A stretch of DNA of 64,000 bases from Myxococcota bacterium (GCA_965250285.1 OZ252299.1:5408001-5472000); one strand, 5' to 3'. Positions 9,799 through 20,294 are shown, counted from the stretch's first letter. Notes: generated by a model from the sequence alone, not told the origin. Made by a program: numbers and translations.

Positions 9799-11287
9799 GC
9801 TCTTTCTTGGTGATCTTCACGAGCTGGCCCTCTTCGAGCACGACGGCCTCGTCGAGGCCGTTCGCGACGGCGATCACCTCGGCGTCCCACTGGCTCTCGG
9901 TGCGTTCGGCCAGGGCTTCGAGGGTCTCGCCCTCCTGCGCTGAGGCGATGCGCACGCGGTCTTCGAAGATCTCCTTGCGCTCTTCGGGCGTCAGGCGGTG
10001 GAAGCTGCCGGAGGCCTCGTCGAGCACCGGGCCCAGGGTCTTCCACGCGTTGCTCGGCCCGACGCCGGCGAGCTGAAAGACGTAGCCGTCGAGCGCGATC
10101 CACGTGAGCTCGGCGTGCATCGCCGCGTTGCCGCGGCCCTCGATGTGCACGCCCTGGACGGCCTTGAGGCCGTTGATCTCGGTCGCCGTCGGTCCCTCGC
10201 TCAGACCGTGCTCCTCTTTAAAGCGCTCGGCGACCTTCATCGGATCACCCGCGTCTTCTTCTTTCGTCGCGGCGAGCTTGAGCACGAAGAACGACTTCAG
10301 CCCCTCGTCCTGGGCGAGCACGAAGCTGTGCGCGTTGACCTTCTCCCACTCGGGGGGGAAGGTCAGGCCGAAGCCCATGTCGGCGTGCAGGAACCGGTCG
10401 TCGACGAAGACGCCCTCGCGGGCCGGCACGCCGTAGACCAGGCCGTCGATCTTCGCGAGAAAGGCGGCGCGGTCGGGGGCGATCGGGTTCGGCGGCGCGC
10501 GGTCGAGCTTCTCGGCGTTGCGCGCGGTCTCCTGCGCGCGCTCCTCGCTCGGCGGGTGCGACGAGAAGATGGCGTAGGGCCGCTCGGCGTCGTCGTGCAG
10601 CGCCGTCTCACGGTCGAGGGTCGTCATGAACGTCGACATCGCCATCGGATCCCAGCCCGCGGCGGCGGCGTAGCGCTGACCGAGCTTGTCGGCCTGGCGC
10701 TCCTGACCGCGGCTGTACGAAGCGAGCGCGAGAATGCCGGGCAGCGCCGTCGTGCCGGCCACGACCTGACCGAGGCGGGGCGAGACGATGCTCGTCGCCC
10801 AGCCGCCGACGCCGGCGGCGATCGCGACGGGGGCGAGGATCACGCCGCTGCGCTGCCGCGACACCGAGTGCCGCGCCGACACGTGCGCGATCTCGTGGCC
10901 GATCACGTTCGCGAGCTCGTCTTCGTCATTGGTGAAGGCGAGCAGACCGCGCGAGACGTAGATGAAGCCGCCCGGCAGCGCGAACGCGTTCGGCTCCTGC
11001 ATCTCGACGATGAAGAAGTGGTATTCGATCTCGTTGCGCGCGGCTTCGGCGGCGAGGCGCTGGCCGATCTCGTCGACGTAGGTGTTGAGTGCTTCGTCCT
11101 CGACGAGACCGATGTTCTGCGCGATTTCTTCGGAAGCCTTCTGGCCCTGCTCGATCTCTCCCTTCTCGGTCGTGAAGACCGCCTCGGGGCGACCGCTCTC
11201 GGGGTTCATGGCGCAGCCGGCCGACGCGCACGCGAGGGCCACGGCGGTCAGCACGGCGAGAGCAGGGCGAACGAATCGGGCGGTCAC
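9779..11287 (-). CDS. M48-family Zn metallopeptidase lipoprotein (paralog of 2013-3542)
   Basis: PNAFALPGG, HEIAH, QERQAD and SSHP motifs; lipobox SAGC; start uncertain (GTG 11287). Confidence 0.85.
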   Translation of the reverse strand: MTARFVRPALAVLTAVALACASAGCAMNPESGRPEAVFTTEKGEIEQGQKASEEIAQNIGLVEDEALNTYVDEIGQRLAAEAARNEIEYHFFIVEMQEPNAFALPGGFIYVSRGLLAFTNDEDELANVIGHEIAHVSARHSVSRQRSGVILAPVAIAAGVGGWATSIVSPRLGQVVAGTTALPGILALASYSRGQERQADKLGQRYAAAAGWDPMAMSTFMTTLDRETALHDDAERPYAIFSSHPPSEERAQETARNAEKLDRAPPNPIAPDRAAFLAKIDGLVYGVPAREGVFVDDRFLHADMGFGLTFPPEWEKVNAHSFVLAQDEGLKSFFVLKLAATKEEDAGDPMKVAERFKEEHGLSEGPTATEINGLKAVQGVHIEGRGNAAMHAELTWIALDGYVFQLAGVGPSNAWKTLGPVLDEASGSFHRLTPEERKEIFEDRVRIASAQEGETLEALAERTESQWDAEVIAVANGLDEAVVLEEGQLVKITKKEHYTRSQ

Positions 11288-11678
11288 GGGCAAGCAGGGT
11301 CTCCAGAGCTCGGCGCAGGCGGCCGGAGCGCGGGCGGGTCGAACGGGGCCGGGGTAGGGCGATTCGCTTCGCTCTGCACGCGCGCGATCGCCGGCCCCCC
11401 GGGCGGCGGCCATCGTAGCTTGACTCGCCGGCACGGGCCGTCCGGGCATCGGACGCAGCCCGCCGTCAGCTCCAATCGGTGCGAGCGGCCCGTGAGAGGC
11501 GCCCTGGGCGCTGAGAGTTCCAGATTCTGGGCGCTGTCTTGTCCAGGAAGCACGCGAACGTTACGATTCGTTCCGTATCGAAACTCGATCCCGCGCCGGC
11601 CGGGCCCGCCCGCCCGCTGCGCCCTCCAATCTCCGAACCCCCGCCCGGCCGCCCTCTCGCCGCCGGAGGAGTCTTGTC

Positions 11679-12923
11679 ATGTCGAAGCGCACCGAAGGTC
11701 CCCTCTCCGGCGTCCGCGTCATCGAGGTCTCGATGCTCGGCCCCGCCGCCATCGGCACCCAGCTCGCCGACCTCGGCGCCGAGGTGATCAAGATCGAGCC
11801 GCCCGCCGGCGACTACATCCGCGACATGACGTGGCCCATCATCGAGGGAATCTCGTTGATGCACTACCACGTCAACCGCGGCAAGAAGAGCCTCACGCTC
11901 GACCTCAAGACCGAGGGCGGTGTTCAGGTGTTGAACGAGCTCGTGAAGGACGCGGACGTAGTGATCGAGGCGATGCGCCCGGGCTCGATGGCCCGGCGCG
12001 GCGTGGGCTACGACGATCTCAAAGAGATCAACCCGAAGATCGTGTTCTGCAACATCTCGGGCTACGGCATGACCGGCCCCTACCAGAACCTGCCGGCCCA
12101 CGGCATCGCCTTCGACACGTGGGCGGGCATCATCAACCCGGCCTTCGACGATGAGGGCTTCTGTTTCATCCCCGAGCATGCCTCGATCGGCATTCACGCG
12201 GGACCGACGATCGGTGCGCTCGGCATCCTGGCCGGCGTGATCCAGGCACGCGCCACGGGCGAGGGCAGCTTCCTCGAGGTCGGGCAGAGCGACGCCGCGG
12301 CCTACATGGACTGGTATCGCAGCGAGTCGCACATGGCGTACGACCGCCCCGAGGACATCGTGACCGGTAACAAGGCCGATGGCGGCAAGCGCCGCCCGGT
12401 GGGCACGGCCGGCATGAAGGAAGGCGTTCGCTACCAGATGTACGAGTCGAGCGACGGCTTCGTGCTCTTCATGGCGAGCGAGCAGGCCTTCTGGAAGAAC
12501 TTCTGTGAGTGCGTCGGTCGCACCGACATGTTCGAGAAGTGGCCGGGCTCGAAGTACGCCGACCACGCAATCGGCAACCGGGAGATGCAGCGCGAGCTGC
12601 GCGACATCTTCAAGACGAAGACGAGCGACGAGTGGATTCGGCTCGGCGACGAGAAGAACTTCCCGATCGCGCCGGTCAACTCACCCAAGACCATCGTCGA
12701 CGACCCGCAGTTCAAGGATCGCTTCGAGATCTACTCCCACGAAGAGCACGGCGCCGACATGCTCTCGTTCCCGGTCAAGTTCGTCGGGCAAGAGCTGCCG
12801 GTGCCGAGCAAGGCGCCGACGCCGGGCGAGCACAACGACGAGGTGCTCGCGGATGTGCTGGGGTACGACGCGGAGAAGATTGCGCAGGTGAGGAGTGACG
12901 GGGCTTTGGGGAAGGATCGGTAG
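11679..12923 (+). CDS. CaiB/BaiF family III CoA-transferase
   Basis: GPLSGVRVIE, LADLGAEVIKIEPP, NRGKKSLTLDLK, APTPGEHNDEVL. Confidence 0.92.
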   Translation: MSKRTEGPLSGVRVIEVSMLGPAAIGTQLADLGAEVIKIEPPAGDYIRDMTWPIIEGISLMHYHVNRGKKSLTLDLKTEGGVQVLNELVKDADVVIEAMRPGSMARRGVGYDDLKEINPKIVFCNISGYGMTGPYQNLPAHGIAFDTWAGIINPAFDDEGFCFIPEHASIGIHAGPTIGALGILAGVIQARATGEGSFLEVGQSDAAAYMDWYRSESHMAYDRPEDIVTGNKADGGKRRPVGTAGMKEGVRYQMYESSDGFVLFMASEQAFWKNFCECVGRTDMFEKWPGSKYADHAIGNREMQRELRDIFKTKTSDEWIRLGDEKNFPIAPVNSPKTIVDDPQFKDRFEIYSHEEHGADMLSFPVKFVGQELPVPSKAPTPGEHNDEVLADVLGYDAEKIAQVRSDGALGKDR

Positions 12924-12948
12924 CGCTCGCGCCGTGATTGGGTGCCAG

Positions 12949-13066
12949 GGCCGGGGCGGATGGGGGCACCGTGCTCGGACATTCTCGGGCGCAGAGGCGT
13001 TGTTGCTCGTGGCGATCGTTTCGCGCGCCCTGCGAACTGCGCGCGGTACCCCCATCCGCCCCGGCC
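12949..13066. repeat. REP/MITE-like inverted-repeat element between convergent genes
   Basis: 26-bp arms at 12949-12974 and 13041-13066 with 2 mismatches. Confidence 0.75.
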
Positions 13067-13122
13067 TCGGGGCGCTTCTGGTTGGCTCGACTCCCGGTCT
13101 TTGGGGTGGATTAGGGGGGGCG

Positions 13123-14085
13123 TTAGCTGCCGATGGGGAAGGTTTCGCCGAGGAGGGATTCGCTGATCGACCAGAGGCGTTTGGCGGAGTCGGGGTTGAG
13201 GGCGTAGTCGGCGATGCCGCCTTCCTGGTCGTCGCTCGTCTTGGGCGGGGCGATGCCGCAGTCTTCGAGGTAGCGGCCGCCCTGGCCGGCGAGTTCGGGT
13301 GAGGTCGCGGCCCAGACGCTGGTGGCTGCGCCCTGCTCGACGGTCTTCCACTTGATGCCCTGGCCGCCCGGTGCGCGGCTCATCAGCTCTTCGATGTCGG
13401 CCTGCTGCAGGTGGCGACCGAGGTTGGTCATGATGCCGCCCGGGTGCACCGCGAACGCCTCGACGCCGCGGTCTGCGAGCCGGCGGTTCAGCTCGACGCT
13501 GAACAGTACGTTGGCCGTCTTGCTCTGACCGTACGATTCCCACTTGTCGTAGTCGCGGGTCTCGTAGTTCGGGTCGTCCCAGAGCACGTCGCTGAAGCGA
13601 TGACCCGCGCTCGAGAGGTTCACGATGCGCGCGGGCGCGCCGGCCTCGAGCTGCGGGGCGAGCAGGCACGTCAGCAGAAAGTGTCCCATGTGGTTCGTAC
13701 CGAACTGCATCTCCCAGCCCTTCTCGGTGCGGGCGAGGGGGCAGGCCATGACGCCGGCGTTGTTGATCAGCAGCTGCAGCGCTTCGTGATCGGCGGCGAA
13801 GCCCTTCGCGAAGGCGCGGATCGAGTCGGGCGAGGTGAGGTCGAGGGCGCGCACCTCGACGTCGGCCCCGGGCACGGCGTCGCGAATCGAGTTGGCGACC
13901 TCTTCACCGGCGGCGAGGTCGCGCACCGCGAGGGTGATGGCGGCACCGCGAAGCACGAGCACGCGCGCGGTCTCGGCGCCGAGACCGCTCGAAGCGCCGG
14001 TCACGATGGCGCGGCGGCCCGACAGGTCGGCCCCCTCGCTGGCCTGCTCGGCGGTGGTGTCGTGTCCAAAGGTCGATGCGGTCAT
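13123..14085 (-). CDS. Short-chain dehydrogenase/reductase (retinol-DH-like)
   Basis: TGASSGLG, NNAGVM, YGQSK and HPGGIMT motifs. Confidence 0.92.
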   Translation of the reverse strand: MTASTFGHDTTAEQASEGADLSGRRAIVTGASSGLGAETARVLVLRGAAITLAVRDLAAGEEVANSIRDAVPGADVEVRALDLTSPDSIRAFAKGFAADHEALQLLINNAGVMACPLARTEKGWEMQFGTNHMGHFLLTCLLAPQLEAGAPARIVNLSSAGHRFSDVLWDDPNYETRDYDKWESYGQSKTANVLFSVELNRRLADRGVEAFAVHPGGIMTNLGRHLQQADIEELMSRAPGGQGIKWKTVEQGAATSVWAATSPELAGQGGRYLEDCGIAPPKTSDDQEGGIADYALNPDSAKRLWSISESLLGETFPIGS

Positions 14086-14153
14086 GGGGGGCTCCTGGGC
14101 CGGGGATCAGGGGAAGGCGCGCCACGTCGGCGTCCCTCGAAACTTTGTCGGGG

Positions 14154-14867
14154 ATGCGGCGCGCGGTCAACGGCCACCGGGCGACTGTCGGGCGCTCGTG
14201 GCAGACTGGGCGCGTGTCCCGCCCCGATCCCCCTTCAGCGCCGTGCCCCGTGTCCCGCCCCGATCCCCCCTCAGCGCTCGGCCCCGTTCGGCGCCACGCC
14301 TCGGCGCGCTCGCTGGCCGCGCTCGCCGGCGTGGCCCTGCTCGTCACGGCCGGTCTGGTCGTGCGGCACCGCCTCGAGCCGAAGCACTTCGAGGTGGTCG
14401 AGGCCGGGGTGCTCTATCGCAGCGCGACGCTGCCGCCGAGCCAGCTCGTCGAGGTGACGCGCGAGTACGGCATTCGCACCGTCGTCAATCTGCGCTCGCC
14501 CGAAGAGAACGCCGAGCCCTGGCACGCCGCGCAGCGCGCCGCGCTCGCTGCTGCCGACGTCGCGATGATCGATCTGCCTATGGCTTACGGCACGCCGCCG
14601 GCCCCCGAGCTCGAAGCGCGCTGGCTCGCGCTGCTCGCCGACCCCGACGCGCAGCCGATCCTCGTGCACTGTCAGTACGGCGTGCTGCGCACGGGCATCA
14701 TGGTGAGCGTGTTCGATCTCGCGCATCGAGGCGCCTCGCCGGACGGGCTCTTCGATCGCGGTCCGAAGTTCGGCCACGGCGTATCGCCCGAGACTCGAGC
14801 CCGTATCCAGACCTATCTCGACGGGTTCGCCGCGCGCCGCCCGACGCAGGCGATGGCCGGTTCGTGA
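14154..14867 (+). CDS. Dual-specificity/protein-tyrosine phosphatase-like membrane-anchored protein
   Basis: LYRSA, VVNLR and HCQYGVLRTG (CX5R) motifs; start uncertain. Confidence 0.75.
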   Translation: MRRAVNGHRATVGRSWQTGRVSRPDPPSAPCPVSRPDPPSALGPVRRHASARSLAALAGVALLVTAGLVVRHRLEPKHFEVVEAGVLYRSATLPPSQLVEVTREYGIRTVVNLRSPEENAEPWHAAQRAALAAADVAMIDLPMAYGTPPAPELEARWLALLADPDAQPILVHCQYGVLRTGIMVSVFDLAHRGASPDGLFDRGPKFGHGVSPETRARIQTYLDGFAARRPTQAMAGS

Positions 14868-17200
14868 GCTTCGGTCCCGCTCACCGGCTCGCGTTCGCCG
14901 CGGTGCTCGTGCTCGCGTGGTGCGCGCTCGGCGCGACGACGGGCGACGGCGGCCGCCCGCCCGAGGCGACGCCCCTGCCCGCCGCGGGCGCAAAGGGGCT
15001 CTCGTTCGTCGGGCGCAGCGCCTGCGTCGACTGTCACGCGAGCGAGGCGGCCCGCTGGCAGGGCTCGCATCACGACCAGGCGATGCAGCCCGCGACGAAC
15101 GCGACCGTGCTCGGCGCGTTCGATGGACGCACGTTCGAGCTGAACGGAGAGCGCTGGCAATTCGCGCGCGAAGGCGAGCGCTTCGTCGTGCGATGGAGCC
15201 CGCCCGGGGCGAAGCCGCACACGTTCGACGTGGCCTACACGTTCGGGGTCGCGCCGCTGCAGCAGTACCTGATCGCCGCGAGCGGCGGGCGTCTGCAGAG
15301 TCTCAGCGTCGTGTGGGACGTCGAGGCGAAGCAGTGGATCCACCTGCAGCCGGACGAGCCCGTCGCGCCCGACGACGCGCTGCACTGGCAGGGCCGCTAT
15401 CAGACGTGGAACGGCATGTGCGCCGATTGCCATTCGACGCGGCTCGATCGCGGCTACGACGCACAGGCCGACGTATTCGAAACGACGTGGGCCGAGATCG
15501 ACGTGAGCTGCGAGGCGTGTCATGGCCCGGGCTCGCTGCACGTCGAGCGCACGCGGGCGCGCGCCGCCGGCCAGCCCGTTGCCGCGACCGCAGGCGACGG
15601 GCTGCTCGTCGATCTGTCGAACGGCCCGGCGCGCGAGCAGGTCGACGTCTGCGGTCGCTGCCACGCGCGGCGCCGCGCGGTGAGCCCGCGCTTCGAGCAC
15701 GGCGGCTCGCTCTTCGATCACTACGTGCCGACGACCCTCGACGCGGGGCTGTACGAACCCGACGGTCAGATTCTCGACGAGGTGTACGTCTACGGCTCGT
15801 TCACCCAGAGCGCCATGTTCGTTGCCGGCGTGCGCTGCACCGACTGCCACGATGCGCACTCGCTCGAGCTGCGCGAAGACGGCGACGCCGTCTGCATGCA
15901 GTGTCACGGCGGCGCGGGCACCGAGCGGTTCCCGGGCATGCCGGTGGGCGGCTACGACACGCCGGCGCACCACCATCACGTCGAAGGCCAGCCGGGCTCG
16001 GCTTGCGTCGACTGCCACATGCCGGCGCGCACCTACATGCAGGTCGACCCGCGCCGCGATCACCGCATGGGCGTGCCGCGCCCCGATCTGTCGGTGCGGC
16101 TCGGCACACCGAACGCATGCACCGGCTGTCACACCGACGAGAGCGATGCGTGGGCGGCGAAGCAGGCGAAGGCGTGGTGGGGCGCGCCCGCGAAGCGGCC
16201 CCGCGACTTCGCGGCGCTCTTTCACGATGCGCGGCAGGGTGACCCCGCCACGCTCGAGGGGCTCGGCGCCTGGGTCGATCGCGCGGGCGACTCGCCGGCG
16301 GTGCGGGCGACGGCAGTTGAGCTCGCGGGTCGCTTCGGGCGCGCCGGCGCGCCGATCGTCGACCGTGCACTGCGAGACCCCGAGCCCTGGGTGCGCACGA
16401 CCGCAGCGTCGGCCACGCTCGGCTGGCCGCTCGAGGCGCGCGCCGCGCGGGTCGTGCCGCTGCTCGACGATCCGGTGCGCTCGGTGCGCGTCGAAGCGGC
16501 GCGGTCGCTCGCGCCCTTCGAGGCGGGCGGTCTCGAGCCGGGCGATCGGCAGCGACTCGGTCGGGCGCTCGACGAGCTCGTCACGGCGCTCGAAGCGACG
16601 GCGGATCATCCGGGCAACCGGTTGAACCTGGCCGTCGTGATGCAGCAGCGCGGCGACCTCGAACGCGCCGAGCGCGAGTATCGCATGGCGCTCGAGCTCG
16701 ACCCGCGGTTTCTGCCCGCGCGGCTGAACCTCGTGCACCTGCTCGATGCCGAAGGGCGCGGTGGCGAGGCCGAAGACCTGCTGCGCGCGGGGCTGGCCGA
16801 CGATCCCGACGCGGGCGATCTGCACTACGCGCTGGGGCTGCTCGTCGCCCAGGCCCGCGACGCATCGGGCGCCACTCGACTCCCCGAGGCGGCGCGACAC
16901 CTCGAGCGTGCGGCGCAGCTGCTGCCCGAGCATCCGCGCGCCTGGTACAACCTCGGCCTCGCGCGTCAGCAGCTCGGTGACGTCGCGGGCGCGCGCGCGG
17001 CGCTGGCCTCGGCCCGGCGGCTCTCGCCCGAAGATCCCGAGGTGCTGCAGGCGGTCGCGATCTTCCACGCGCAGCAGGGTGAGTGGGCGACGGTGCGCGA
17101 CATCTCGCGCGTGTGGCTCCAGCTGATGCCGGGCGACCCGTCGGCCCGGTCGCTGCTGCTGCGCGCCGAACGCGAGCTGGCGGCGGAGGGCGCGCGCTAG
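14864..17200 (+). CDS. Multiheme (8 CxxCH) cytochrome c with HEAT and TPR repeats
   Basis: CVDCH, CADCH, CEACH, CGRCH, CTDCH, CMQCH, CVDCH, CTGCH; C-terminal TPRs; GTGA overlap with the upstream gene. Confidence 0.85.
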   Translation: MSFGPAHRLAFAAVLVLAWCALGATTGDGGRPPEATPLPAAGAKGLSFVGRSACVDCHASEAARWQGSHHDQAMQPATNATVLGAFDGRTFELNGERWQFAREGERFVVRWSPPGAKPHTFDVAYTFGVAPLQQYLIAASGGRLQSLSVVWDVEAKQWIHLQPDEPVAPDDALHWQGRYQTWNGMCADCHSTRLDRGYDAQADVFETTWAEIDVSCEACHGPGSLHVERTRARAAGQPVAATAGDGLLVDLSNGPAREQVDVCGRCHARRRAVSPRFEHGGSLFDHYVPTTLDAGLYEPDGQILDEVYVYGSFTQSAMFVAGVRCTDCHDAHSLELREDGDAVCMQCHGGAGTERFPGMPVGGYDTPAHHHHVEGQPGSACVDCHMPARTYMQVDPRRDHRMGVPRPDLSVRLGTPNACTGCHTDESDAWAAKQAKAWWGAPAKRPRDFAALFHDARQGDPATLEGLGAWVDRAGDSPAVRATAVELAGRFGRAGAPIVDRALRDPEPWVRTTAASATLGWPLEARAARVVPLLDDPVRSVRVEAARSLAPFEAGGLEPGDRQRLGRALDELVTALEATADHPGNRLNLAVVMQQRGDLERAEREYRMALELDPRFLPARLNLVHLLDAEGRGGEAEDLLRAGLADDPDAGDLHYALGLLVAQARDASGATRLPEAARHLERAAQLLPEHPRAWYNLGLARQQLGDVAGARAALASARRLSPEDPEVLQAVAIFHAQQGEWATVRDISRVWLQLMPGDPSARSLLLRAERELAAEGAR

Positions 17201-17305
17201 CGCGCCTGCGCAGGGCGATCGCAGCGCACACACACACGCCCCTCAAGCCGGGCCGGATGCACTCCGATGTCGGTGGAAGCCCCCTCCCCGCCATCGGAGC
17301 CCCGC

Positions 17306-17995
17306 ATGCCTCTTCGATCGATCGCCGCCGCCCCGCACCTTCTGATCGCCGTCTTCGCGGTCGCCGCGATCAGCGTCGCCTGCAACGAGATCGAGTCGGT
17401 CGCCGAGACCGTGCGCGCCCAGACGGCGGCCTCGTCGCCGAGCGAGGCCGGGCCCGAGGCCGAGCCGCAGACCGCGGCGTCGAAGCCCGAGGGCAGTGAC
17501 CTGACGTCGCTCGGCCCGAACGCCGATACGCGCATCTACTACCAGTACATCGACGAGCGTGGCGGGGTGCGCTTCGCCGAGCGCCTGGGCGACGTGCCCG
17601 AGGCCTGGCGCGACAAGGTCGGCTACCTCGAGATGGATTCGCCGCCGCCGATGTCGCCCGCCGATGCGAAGCGCACGCGGGATGCGCGCTACGCCGCCGC
17701 CAACCCCCAGGCATCGCGCAGCGCCTCGAGTGGAGGCGGTGGTCGCGCGATGGATCGCTTCGAGCCCCGGGTGCTCGTCTACTACGCCGATTGGTGCGGC
17801 TACTGCGTCAAGGCCAAGCGACACCTCGACCGAGCCGGCGTCGCCTACGAGCTGAAGAACGTCGACAACCCGCACATCAAGCGGGAGCTGATCGAGAAGA
17901 CGGGCCAGAAGGGCATCCCGGTGATCGAGGTCGATGGACGCGTCATGAAGGGCTACAGCGCCAGCGCCCTCGACGAGATGCTCGATTCGATCTGA
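17306..17995 (+). CDS. Glutaredoxin-domain lipoprotein
   Basis: Lipobox SVAC; WCGYC...GIPVIEVDG. Confidence 0.8.
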   Translation: MPLRSIAAAPHLLIAVFAVAAISVACNEIESVAETVRAQTAASSPSEAGPEAEPQTAASKPEGSDLTSLGPNADTRIYYQYIDERGGVRFAERLGDVPEAWRDKVGYLEMDSPPPMSPADAKRTRDARYAAANPQASRSASSGGGGRAMDRFEPRVLVYYADWCGYCVKAKRHLDRAGVAYELKNVDNPHIKRELIEKTGQKGIPVIEVDGRVMKGYSASALDEMLDSI

Positions 17996-18093
17996 CCCAC
18001 CCCGGACAGACGCGGCTGCTAGAATGACCGCGTTCACGGGGGACAGACGTCATCGACACGCCGCGCGCCCGCCCGCACCAATCGAGCCGTCTG

Positions 18094-18756
18094 TTGCACG
18101 TCGCACACGTCGCACACGTCGCACACGTCGCACTCGCTGCGCTCGTGGGGGCTCTGCTCTTCGGCTGCGCCTCGAACGATGCGGCGACGACCGAGGCCGC
18201 GCCGCCGCCGCCCGGCAGTGACGAAGCGCGCGCCGTCGTCGAGCGGGTGAACGCGACGATGCTCGATGTCGCGGCGCGCTCGAGCGAGCTCGGCCAGTCG
18301 GGCCGCGAAGCCGAGCTGCGGCCGATCATCATGGAGAGCTTCGATGTGCCGGCGATCGCGCGCGCGACGCTCGGCTCGCACTGGCAGGCGCTCACGCCCG
18401 AGCAGCAAGAGGTCTGGCTCGACACCTATGCCGAGTTTCACATCGTGGCCGCCGCCTTCAACTGGCGCAGCGCGCGCGGAGCGGTGTTCGAGTATCTCGG
18501 CGAGGCGTCGGCGCCCAACGACACGGTGCTCGTGAAGGCGCGGCTCGACCGAACCGGGCACGGCGCCGACGTGCGCCGCGACTACCGGCTGCGGCCGCAT
18601 CGCGACGGCTGGCTGATCATCGACGTGTTCACGCCGGGCTACGTCAGCCAGGTCGGCATGCGGCGGTCGGAGTATCTCGCGGTGCTTTCGCGCACCGACT
18701 TCGACGGCCTGATCGACGACATGCAGCGCCGCATCGCCACGCGGCGGCGCAGCTAG
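18094..18756 (+). CDS. MlaC/Ttg2D-like periplasmic lipid-binding protein
   Basis: FDVPAIARATLGSHWQALTPEQQ...DYRL...WLIIDV...SQVGMRRSEY; start uncertain. Confidence 0.75.
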   Translation: MHVAHVAHVAHVALAALVGALLFGCASNDAATTEAAPPPPGSDEARAVVERVNATMLDVAARSSELGQSGREAELRPIIMESFDVPAIARATLGSHWQALTPEQQEVWLDTYAEFHIVAAAFNWRSARGAVFEYLGEASAPNDTVLVKARLDRTGHGADVRRDYRLRPHRDGWLIIDVFTPGYVSQVGMRRSEYLAVLSRTDFDGLIDDMQRRIATRRRS

Positions 18757-18822
18757 GGAACCTCTGCACAGCCCGCCTGCCCCGGCCTCGGGACGCTTCC
18801 GTCACAGCGCAGGGCTCGGGCT

Positions 18823-19272
18823 TCAGCCGCCGAGCAGCTCGGCGGCGATCTTCTTGGCGAGGCCGCCATCGACCTCACCCTTGTGGGCCTTCATGATCGC
18901 GCCCATCACGCGACCGACGTCGCCCGGGGCGCTCGCGCCCGAGTCGGCGATGGCGGCTTCGACCCAGCCGCGGGTCGTCGCCTCGTCGGCGAGGCTCGGC
19001 AGGAACGCCTCGATCACCGCGAGCTCTTCGCGTTCGGCGGCGGCCTGCTCTTCGCGGCCGCCCTTCTCGAACGCATCGATGCTCTCTTTTCGCTGCTTCG
19101 CGAGCTTGCGCAGGATCGTGACCGCAGCCTCGTCGGGGATCGTCTCGGCGCCGTCCTTCTTCATCTCGTTCAGAAACGCGGCGCGCATGCCGCGCAGCGC
19201 GGCGAGGCGCGTGGCCTGCTTGGCCTTCATTGCTTCTTTCAGCTGGGCGTTGACGTCGTCGAGGATCGCCAT
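18823..19272 (-). CDS. GatB/YqeY domain protein
   Basis: LKEAMKAK...KLAKQRKESIDAFEKGGR...FLP...DVGRVMGAIM. Confidence 0.9.
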   Translation of the reverse strand: MAILDDVNAQLKEAMKAKQATRLAALRGMRAAFLNEMKKDGAETIPDEAAVTILRKLAKQRKESIDAFEKGGREEQAAAEREELAVIEAFLPSLADEATTRGWVEAAIADSGASAPGDVGRVMGAIMKAHKGEVDGGLAKKIAAELLGG

Positions 19273-19460
19273 GAGGTGCTCCCACACGTGAGGCGCGTTG
19301 CCATCGGTCGCCGTAGGGTGACACAACCCGGGGCCGGCGAAAGAGAGCGAAGAGGCGTGCGCGCGAGCCGGGGACGTAGAGAGCGAAGAGGCGCGTGCGC
19401 GAGCCGGGCTATCCTTCGCGCCCGGCGTCGCGCAGGCGCCCCCACGCTGCGGAGGGCGCC

Positions 19461-20294
19461 ATGGCGATGATCGAGTGGGCCGATACGCTGGCTTGCCTTG
19501 CCGTCGAGGCGACGAGGGATGGGGTGTACACCGCGCCGAACATCCCCATGCCGTACCGGCGGGTCTATGGCGGACAGGTGCTCGCGCAGCTCGTGGCCGT
19601 CGCCGAGGCATCGGCCGATCCGAAGCAGGTCAAGTCGCTGCACGTCGTGCTGCCGCGCGAAGGCGAGCTCGAGCGCGCGCTCGAGTTCGACGTCGATGCG
19701 CCGCAGACCGGCCGCGCGTTCGCGACGCGCGCGGTGCGCGTGCACCAGGCCGATCGCGCGATCGCCCAGGCGACGATCTCCCTGCATGCGCCCGAAGCCA
19801 GCGCCGTCTCGCATCAGCTGCCGGCGCCGACGCTCGCGGGCCCGGGCGACGCGACGCCGGTCGATCTCAGCATGATCCCGTGGTCAGCGCGGGCCGTCGG
19901 CGGCGTCGATCTCGCGGCGCCCGGTATCGGCGCGGCCGAGTCGGCCTATTGGATGAAGACCCCGGCGCTCGATGATGCGCCCGCCTGTGCCCACCGGGCG
20001 CTGCTCGCGTTCGCGACGACGCTGACGCTCGTCGGCACGGCCCTGCGCCCCCATGCCGGCCTGTCGGAGGCCTCGATCCCCGACCGCGTGCAGACGGCGG
20101 TCACGAGCCACACCGTCTGGTTCCACGCCGGCGACCTGCGCGTCGACGACTGGTGGCTGCTCGTGCAGTCGGCGCCGAGCCTCGCGGGCGCGCGGGGCCA
20201 TGGCCGCGGTGACGTCTTCGACGCCGCCGGTCGGCTCGTCGCATCGTTTGCGCAGGAGAGTCTGATTCGACCAGTCGAAGCCACCGAGGCGTAG
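19461..20294 (+). CDS. Acyl-CoA thioesterase II (TesB-like)
   Basis: RVYGGQVLAQ, KSLH, GRAFATRAV, SHTVWFH, VASFAQE. Confidence 0.85.
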   Translation: MAMIEWADTLACLAVEATRDGVYTAPNIPMPYRRVYGGQVLAQLVAVAEASADPKQVKSLHVVLPREGELERALEFDVDAPQTGRAFATRAVRVHQADRAIAQATISLHAPEASAVSHQLPAPTLAGPGDATPVDLSMIPWSARAVGGVDLAAPGIGAAESAYWMKTPALDDAPACAHRALLAFATTLTLVGTALRPHAGLSEASIPDRVQTAVTSHTVWFHAGDLRVDDWWLLVQSAPSLAGARGHGRGDVFDAAGRLVASFAQESLIRPVEATEA

